From NCBI GenBank assembly GCA_002269645.1, contig NIVC01005039.1, positions 1 to 28,042 on the forward strand: a stretch of DNA of 28,042 nucleotides, read 5' to 3'. The stretch is from Macrostomum lignano. Taxonomy: Eukaryota. The notes beneath the pieces were generated by a model. The model saw nothing but the letters and a program-made list of their open reading frames with translations, had not been told where the DNA came from and did not search any database. Below, piece after piece: positions 21,707 through 28,042 of this stretch; the stretch's first letter is position 1; every line of letters starts with the position of its first letter. The position numbers were made by a program, and so were the translations under genes.

Positions 21707-24212
21707 CAGACTGTTTACTGTCATTTCGTTATGCCTTCTTCCAGACTGTTGAAACTGCTGCTGCTGCGGCTGCTGCTGCTGCGGCTGCTGCTGCGGCTTC
21801 TGCTGTTGTTGCTGTCTCTGCCTTGCAGCTCGCCTGCTTCTACTCGAGCCATCGCCTACACCAATCAGGACGTCGTCTTCGGGCAAAGGTTGAGTGCCGC
21901 CGCCGCCTGAGCTTCTGTGCTGCAGCTGCTGCTGATAATGCCGTTGGCTCCTCCGACGTTGCTGCAGCTGCTGCTGCTGGTAGATAGCAAAGCCCGCCGG
22001 ATCGTTTTCCAGGAATTCGTCTTGTTCCACGTCGAAATGGTCGAAGTTTGGATCGTCGGCTTCGTAGTTGCTAGCATAGTTAGGGTACTGATGGTTATAA
22101 CGCACCTGGGACGATGGCCTCGGGTTGTCATAGTCCCATCTGTTTGGTTGGGCGATAGGTTTACCAGACTCAAGAGGTTTAGCACTACATGCTAAATTAA
22201 ACAAAATGAAAATAAATTAAACAGGAATGAAAGGAGAGCTTAACTTTTGCCACCGCATTGATGCGGCATCCACCGAGAGACGGGACAGGGCCGCCCACTG
22301 AAGACAGGGCAGCCCACCAAGAGACGGGACAGGGCCGCCCACTGAGAGACAGGGCAGCCCACCAAGAGACAGAGCAGCCCACTGAGAGACAGGGCAGCCC
22401 ACTGAGAGACAGGGCAGCCCACTGAGAGACAGGGCAGCCCACTGAGAGACAGGGCAGCCCACTGAGAGACAGGGCAACCCACCAAGAGACAGGGCAGCCC
22501 ACTGAGAGACAGGGCAGCCCACTGAGAGACAGGGCAGCCTACCAAGAGACAGAGCAGCCCACTGAGAGACAGGGCAGCCCACTGAGAGACAGGGCAGCCC
22601 ACCAAGAGACAGAGCAGCCCACTGAGAGACAGGGCAGCCCACCAGAGACAGGGCAGCCCACCAAGAGACAGAGCAGCCCACTGAGAGACAGGGCAGCCCA
22701 CTGAGAGACAGGGCAGCCCACCAAGAGACAGGGCCGCGCACTGAGAGACCTTTGAACATCTAGGGACGATTTTAACTTTGCAGTAGTTTACCTTCCACCG
22801 TATTGCCTTCTGTCGTCGCCGTACACAGGTGGTGGCGGCAGCGGACTGTGCGAACCGTATCGTTCAAAGTTGAGCATCCGACCCCGATCGTGATGATACA
22901 TCATCCCCGGTTGGTGCTGCTGCTGCTGCTGATGCATTGCCGGACGTTGGCTAGACCAGCACCTGCCGGCTTCACCAACGAAATAAGCGGGCTCTCCGTC
23001 CCCGCTGTAGCCCTGGTAGCCACTGGCGAAACGGCGCCGGCCCCCACCTCCGCCGCCGCCGCCGCCGCCATACTCGGAGGCCGTGTCCAAGTCTAGGCCT
23101 TCGCCGCCGCCATAGAAACCACCGCCGCCACCGACGCCACCGCCGCGTAGTCCACCTAGGAGGTGAGCCGTCGGATCTGGCAGCGGCTCGCCTCGCATTG
23201 CGGCCCTGATGTAAGGATCAGCCTCCCAGTATGAAGAGTTGCCGTCATACTGCTGCTGCGGCACCAAGCCAATGCCTGGCTGTTGGTGAAACGGCTGGCC
23301 CTGGGCCATGACAACCTGATTCGGGTAGCCTTGAAAGAACTGATCCTGCTGCACTGGATTGTTCGGATTGGGATAAACCTGAGACTGGTAGCCTTGACTG
23401 TTGAAACCAGTCTGAGCCGCCTGGTAGCCAGGTAGGGGATACATTCGACCTCCCAGTTGATCTGCTGGACCGAACATCGAACCACCCGGCTGCAATGGCA
23501 GCTGCTGCTGTTGCTGTTGCTGCCCCTTCTGTTGCTGCTGCTGTTCTTGCTGGCCAAAGCCGCGAGTCAGCTCGCTGAACTTTGATGTCAGCCCGCTGAA
23601 TAAGCCGTCGCTTTGATTCTGTTGTTGCTGTTGTTGCTGCTGCTGTGGCTGCTGTTGCTGCTGTTGCTGCGGCTGCTGCGGTGGCTGCTGCATGGCAAAT
23701 TGCTGCGTGAAAGGAATCGGCTGCTGTTGCTGCTGCTGCTGCTGACTGTTTGGATGGTTATTGCTGTAAGGCTGTTGCTGAAACTGCGGTTGCTGCTCAT
23801 AGTACATTGGTTGCTGCCTCTGATGCTGCCAGTTTTGTTGCCTCGTCCTGCCAATGCCGGGGCCCGATGGTTGGGACTGTTGGATTGGCGGCTGCTGCAC
23901 CGGCGGAGGCTGCGGAGGCTGCGGAGGCTGCGGTCCCTGAATCCTATTAGAATTGCCTCTGAATAGCAGCGGCTGAGGTTGCTGCTGTGGCTGTTGCTGA
24001 TGCTGCCGAGGTGGAGGCTGAGGCGGTGGTGGACCGCTATTTAAAAGTTGACTTCTGTCGGATGGGCCCTGCATTCTCTGGCGTTGTGACTGCTGCAACT
24101 GCTGCTGCGGTTGCATCGGCGACTGCTCCGTCGTCTGTTGACTGTCGCCGGTCACAGATGCCGCCACAGAGCCAAAGAACTTGGACGCCTCGCCTAGGAT
24201 GCCACCGAACAT
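15784..24212 (-). CDS. KIAA0513: Multi-exon KIAA0513-like gene (SBF1/SBF2 domain) with long Q/P/G-rich N-terminal extension, ~845-880 aa
   Basis: Joined exons read CRDFMTRYVSMMFNQGQSITPEDTEVFGDYCQKSTGRAWLAKNLVSQR...AVALYECNEADDWQTACALMTACFTYY...LYLRSFVKDQPIWQSLRFWNAAF...LGHLNTFIANMRAFELRKEMIAEFIRKQ. This is collinear with recalled KIAA0513 motifs (LRDFMRGYVEKIF, GREWFARYVSAQR, VLFECHQMDDF..AKNLMTMCFTYY, QPIW..LRFWNAAF, GQLGTFTHNMLAF). All exon 1-7 junctions are GT-AG with matching phases. Confidence 0.85.
15956..16050 (-). CDS. KIAA0513: KIAA0513-like exon 7 (95 nt, TFIANMRAFELRKEMIAEFIRKQSEYLRLPE)
   Basis: Acceptor tttttcag|, donor |gtgag. Phase 2 in, phase 1 out. Confidence 0.85.
16150..16830 (+). 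mobile_element. Degenerate, internally deleted non-LTR retrotransposon (LINE) RT fragment, antisense in intron 6
   Basis: Fragmentary peptides AWQAINQLTGRR...HYSDVLN, EVGRALKKDMR and GIAL...QLL...ARVGLVVNARKTEVI resemble the pre-RT linker, RT domain 0 and the post-YADD region of LINE ORF2. The frames are broken. Confidence 0.65.
16899..16949 (-). CDS. KIAA0513: KIAA0513-like exon 6 (51 nt, DVQRQNQNSHIALGHL)
   Basis: Acceptor aattccag|, donor |gtaagt. Phase 2 at both ends; the upstream intron is 100 nt. Confidence 0.8.
17050..17179 (-). CDS. KIAA0513: KIAA0513-like exon 5 (130 nt, HKLYLRSFVKDQPIWQSLRFWNAAF)
   Basis: Acceptor aattgcag|, donor |gtaagt. Phase 1 in, phase 2 out. Confidence 0.88.
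17459..17885. mobile_element. Foldback-type MITE (~427 bp) with arms built from 16-bp subrepeats
   Basis: The left arm has repeats of gaaatttcacaagctc and the right arm their reverse complement. Termini ggggttgctt... and ...aagcgacccc. Direct repeat gagaaaa(gg) at 17452 and 17886. Confidence 0.8.
17963..18127. repeat. Tandem duplication, ~81-bp unit x2
   Basis: gtctgactttaacctctctccttactgct... starts at 17963 and again at 18044. Confidence 0.9.
18323..18512 (-). CDS. KIAA0513: KIAA0513-like exon 4 (190 nt, KSTGRAWLAKN...CFTYYYS)
   Basis: Acceptor cttttcggcccag|, donor |gtgag. 63 codons plus 1 nt. Confidence 0.88.
18580..19742. repeat. ~35-bp minisatellite (gaggtagcttgtggaggatgcagcattgtgtcaaa), split by a transposon insertion
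   Basis: Degenerate units at 18580-18718; better units at ~19485-19742. Confidence 0.85.
18719..19413. mobile_element. 695-bp non-autonomous hAT-like element with long internal inverted arms
   Basis: Termini caaggactactcaggt and acttaagttgtccttg match at 13/16. Perfect 8-bp TSD aggatgca at 18711-18718 and 19414-19421. Inner ~230-bp inverted arms (18746-18980 vs 19004-19394) carry an extra ~140 bp in the right arm. Confidence 0.85.
20573..20860. repeat. 14-bp minisatellite (gagacctgatatat), ~20 copies
   Basis: Directly visible; degenerates toward the right. Confidence 0.92.
21242..21290 (-). CDS. KIAA0513: KIAA0513-like exon 3 (49 nt, QSITPEDTEVFGDYCQ)
   Basis: Acceptor ttttag|, donor |gtaagt. 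Phase 2 in, phase 0 out, fitting both neighbours. Not shown in the ORF track. Confidence 0.85.
21341..21530. repeat. 24-bp minisatellite (gacacctggctgtttccatcattt), ~7-8 copies
   Basis: Directly visible, in intron 2. Confidence 0.9.
21588..22184 (-). CDS. KIAA0513: KIAA0513-like exon 2 (597 nt, poly-Q, start of conserved domain)
   Basis: The acceptor tgtag at 22185 gives phase 2, after a long pyrimidine tract. Donor GG|GTGAG at 21587. Ends AKQCRDFMTRYVSMMFNQG. Confidence 0.8.
22271..22749. repeat. 20-bp minisatellite (cactgagagacagggcagcc / caccaagagacagagcagcc), ~24 copies
   Basis: Directly visible; fills most of intron 1. Confidence 0.93.
22792..24212 (-). CDS. KIAA0513: KIAA0513-like exon 1 (low-complexity Q/P/G/Y-rich)
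   Basis: 474-codon ORF from ATG 24212 (context gccATG), ending in a phase-2 donor AG|GTAAAC. Linkage to exon 2 is inferred from phase compatibility. Confidence 0.7.
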
Positions 24213-25846
24213 GGCTAAACCAGCTGACGGAAGAACCGCGGGCCCAAAGTCCCAAATATTCTGGGAAGGAGTTGGAACTGCTGCTCAGTTAATGATTCGA
24301 CGAACAATTTGCATCCGAGAGCTGCAGCTGCAGGGATGGTTCGCAAAAATTACTGGATCTGCGAGTTTAAACCGGAGAGGGGGACGGAGGGCTCGCCCCT
24401 CGGGGGAAAACGCATGCCAAGAGACCAACCCCTCATGCTCTCCAATCCAGCAACCAGCGATTTTGGCGGAGCAACATTTAAAAAACTTTCTCTCTCTCTC
24501 TCTCTCCTATCTCTCCATGGCTGCTACGCCATCCTGCACTGAAGCCTGCAGCATGAGCCGACTAGTGCAGTGCAGAGTATTTATTTTGAACGAGAGGAGG
24601 AAACTTCTCATATCCGTATCCGATCGGCCTTCCCAGCATCTATGCTATAGCTGTATAGTTCTGCTTCAAGCCATAAAGCCCGAGTCCGCGCCACCAGTTG
24701 CACTCTGCGTGCTGAATTATGGATGAAAATTCTCGGTTTCCTGCACTGCTCCCCGTCTCTCGCTTGACCTAAATTTCACAGCGAAGCACTACTCCTTCCC
24801 GGCTTTTTTAACCAGGAAGTAGTTTTTTATGGGAGGAAAAAATCTGTTGCATCTGGGCAAAAAAGTATGGTTAAATCATTATCTTACCAATTAAACTATT
24901 CGATGACTGAGCAGCTAGTCATGAAAACTGATCCCTGGATTAGCAAGCGCACTAGATATATCCAGGGGCCGCCTCTGCCGATGCGGTATGTCGCTGCACG
25001 CTGATTCGAAGACTAATGTGACGATTTTTATATAACTGTTAGCTGAGCCCTGCAGACGCATACGATAAGGCCGAAAAGTAATTACGGTTAATTATAGATA
25101 TGCTAGCCTCAGTAAACTATATGATTAGAGTCAAACTGGTGTAAACTGACTGACCAACCGACAGTGCCAGCTAGTTTTTGTTACAATACGCGTTGTTTAA
25201 TGCGTCCTGAAGAAACGCAATTGCGGTCAATGGTTGGAAGATGTGTTTTGTAAGCTGCATAGTCTCAAGAGACGGGCCGGGGCGAGACTGGAAAGGGGAT
25301 GTCGGATAGCTTGAGGGGAGAAAGAAGCGAGGAACTGTTAGGATTGGGCGCGACGCAATATTGGAGTTTATGGGAAGAGAAAGAGACAGAGTAGAGAGAG
25401 GGAGAAACGGAGAAGCTGTATAGATGATGCAGGAGAGTTTGCCTGAGTTGTTGGCAGGCTACGGACGGGCCTGTGTTGGTGGAGTTTGAGAGGAATTGAA
25501 AACTTTGGGGAACTGCTAGATGCGCAAGAAGGATGGATCAGAGAGGGAGAGACAGAGAGAGCCGTCCATCCACTGGTCCACTTTGTGTCGTTGGTGAACC
25601 ATTTTACTAACCCTCACCCCGCTCCTCTCGTCTCGTTGGTTGAGCTCAGCACACCGGGAGGGGTGCTTGGCAGCACCAGGCTCTGCAGTCATTGCTAATA
25701 AAACTATGCATGGAAAAATTGGACTCTAGAGAGTCGGAGACCTCCATGTGCTGCAACGGGTGCTTGCGTCTTTAGGGTATGGGGGTATGGTACGACATTG
25801 TAGTCCTGCATGATAGCTGCATACACAGGAACCATTGGCCAGGGAT

Positions 25847-25848
<2 letters not shown>

Positions 25849-25932
<84 letters not shown>
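25849..25932. repeat. (AC)42 microsatellite
   Basis: Uninterrupted AC run. Confidence 0.97.
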
Positions 25933-25934
<2 letters not shown>

Positions 25935-26527
25935 ACACCGGCAATGAGGTTTGTGCAGTACGAGCGTATAAGCCCCACTGTTTTAGGCATTTCTAGCTCA
26001 CACCAATGTTCTTCTGTCCCACACTGGCCCAACTGCACTGTATGCAATGCCCTCCCTCAACCCTCGCCCTTCCGAAGACTGCAGTCATTGGACTTGAAAC
26101 CATCAGGCCCCACCAAAGCCTTTCTTGCTTCTCAAATATGCGACTCACCATAATTTCCTAGCAGCGTCCTTCAGGCTTAGCTCTCCCCATTCTCTCTCTC
26201 TCTCTCCGCTCTTCCCTTTACTAAGCTCTCTAATTTCTCGTTTTGGGTCGATACATGGTATATATGGTAACCCAGAGCCATGTGGGGGACAGTGTGTGTA
26301 TTATAGCTGCATGCTTCATGGAGGCAGTCAGTCTCAATGATGCATGCACAAAGCTACAATGTATACAGACCATGAGACGGCTAATTTATAAGTCTAGTCC
26401 ATACCGCCTGAATCTTCTGGTCTCATGTTAAGTCGGCCAAGATATAAACCTGTAAATACGCGTGCATGTGTATGAGTAGGGTCGTTGTAGTTCCATTACA
26501 CCTGATTAGGAACTGCAAGCATCTACA

Positions 26528-26898
<371 letters not shown>

Positions 26899-28042
26899 AT
26901 TTCTTTCTTAGCTTAGCGATCAGTGCCCGAGCGGTAAGACACTGTATTTAGTTATAAAAATCCGGAAAGTTATGGCGCATCAGCTGGGCTGGGCCAAGGG
27001 TGTCCAGTGGTAGACTCCTAACCTTCCTAACACCTTGACCGTTTGCAGTTTCTTTTTAGCGCCTAATGCCTAGTACCTAATGCCTAGCGCCTAATCTTAG
27101 CCGATCACGGCTATGCTCCCGAGTCTTCACGACTTCAATTATATTCGAGTCTATAACTCACGACTTCTGAAGCTGCCCTGAGTCTTCACGACTACGATTT
27201 TTCCCTAGTGTTTGGTGTCTCAATTTAGTCAGCAGTTTTCCTGAGCTTCCGTCTGCCGCTGGGCGCAGCTCTCCCCATTTTTTGCTCTCTGTTCCCCTCC
27301 GTAATTCCCTCTGCGCTCCTTATTTGCAGCCGCTGGGCAGCAATTGGCCTAGCCTGCTCTTGGTTCGTTCTCTGTGTAGCGGTCACTATAGTGGCTTCAC
27401 CATAGCGATATCTGGTTCTGGAATTGGTAATGTGAAAAGCCCCTTTATATATGCTCGTTTTTCACGCCTTCAAATATCAGCGCTTTCAAATAATTTTATC
27501 TTCACAAAAAATCGCCCTATTATTGAGAGCAATCCTTATACTCGATATTGTTATTTTGACAGAAAACCCTTTTTGAATCGCATTTTAGAAGAATCGTTTT
27601 GCATCATGCAAGGTCATACGGTATCGGTTTTTTATATTTACCTATTTTAAACTCTTGTCGTTCTTGTTAGTCGTTAGTCGTTCGAAAATACCGTAAAAAT
27701 TCCAGGCGCTCTTTCAAATACCTTACTTATACAAAATATCGTCTGACAAAGAGTCAAAAGAGCTTACTGGAGTAGCCAAAATTTACGATGCCATGCGTAT
27801 ACATGCAACAAGGACTTCTAGAATTATAGGTCCTTGTGTACATGTACAGCTAAAATTATTTACTTTGAACACTGAACATAACAGAGTAGTACTGTCGAGT
27901 CCGCTTCTTTTTCCCACCATCACGTCCTTGAATGGTCCCTTATTGGTGGCGCATTTACATATACTCGCAGAAAAGTATTGCCTGCAATACTGCTATGCTT
28001 TCAATATGACTCATTTTGTCCATTTATTTTTGCAGGAATTTT

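Noticed and set aside
25200-25620. Purine-rich stretch possibly from a LINE 3' end
   Set aside because: I could not read any convincing RT or C-terminal motif in any frame.
28010-28042. Pyrimidine tract ending ttttgcag at the window edge, a possible plus-strand splice acceptor
   Set aside because: Only a few bases follow, so it cannot be evaluated.

Overview
Eukaryotic (metazoan) genomic DNA with spliceosomal introns, GC-rich coding sequence, AT-rich flanks and poly-Q tracts. The style suggests a flatworm such as Macrostomum, but that is inference only. The left half holds a cluster of intronless secreted PAN/apple + C-type-lectin-like genes: copy A (+, ~347-1186), copy B (-, 11583-12436), truncated copy C (+, 13278-13740) and a tiny 3' remnant (~14181-14216). 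A and B are ~96% identical over ~215 aa, then drop abruptly to 17/44 identity in the C-terminal ligand-binding part of the lectin domain. Each copy is frameshifted at a different site. Between them lie a tRNA-derived CORE-type SINE, a nearly intact DD34D mariner (2715-4016) and a 6.1-kb satellite of 28-bp units. The right half holds an 8-exon minus-strand gene (24212 to ~15784) that I reconstructed with consistent splice phases for exons 1-7. It encodes a KIAA0513-like (SBF1/SBF2-domain) protein with a ~640-aa Q/P/G-rich N-terminal extension. Its introns carry a LINE remnant, a foldback MITE, a hAT-like element and four different minisatellites. Three elements of 695, 48 and 33 bp share CA(A/G)GGAC(T/A)ACT termini and have 8-9-bp target-site duplications. 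No databases or programs were run; family assignments rest on recalled motifs.
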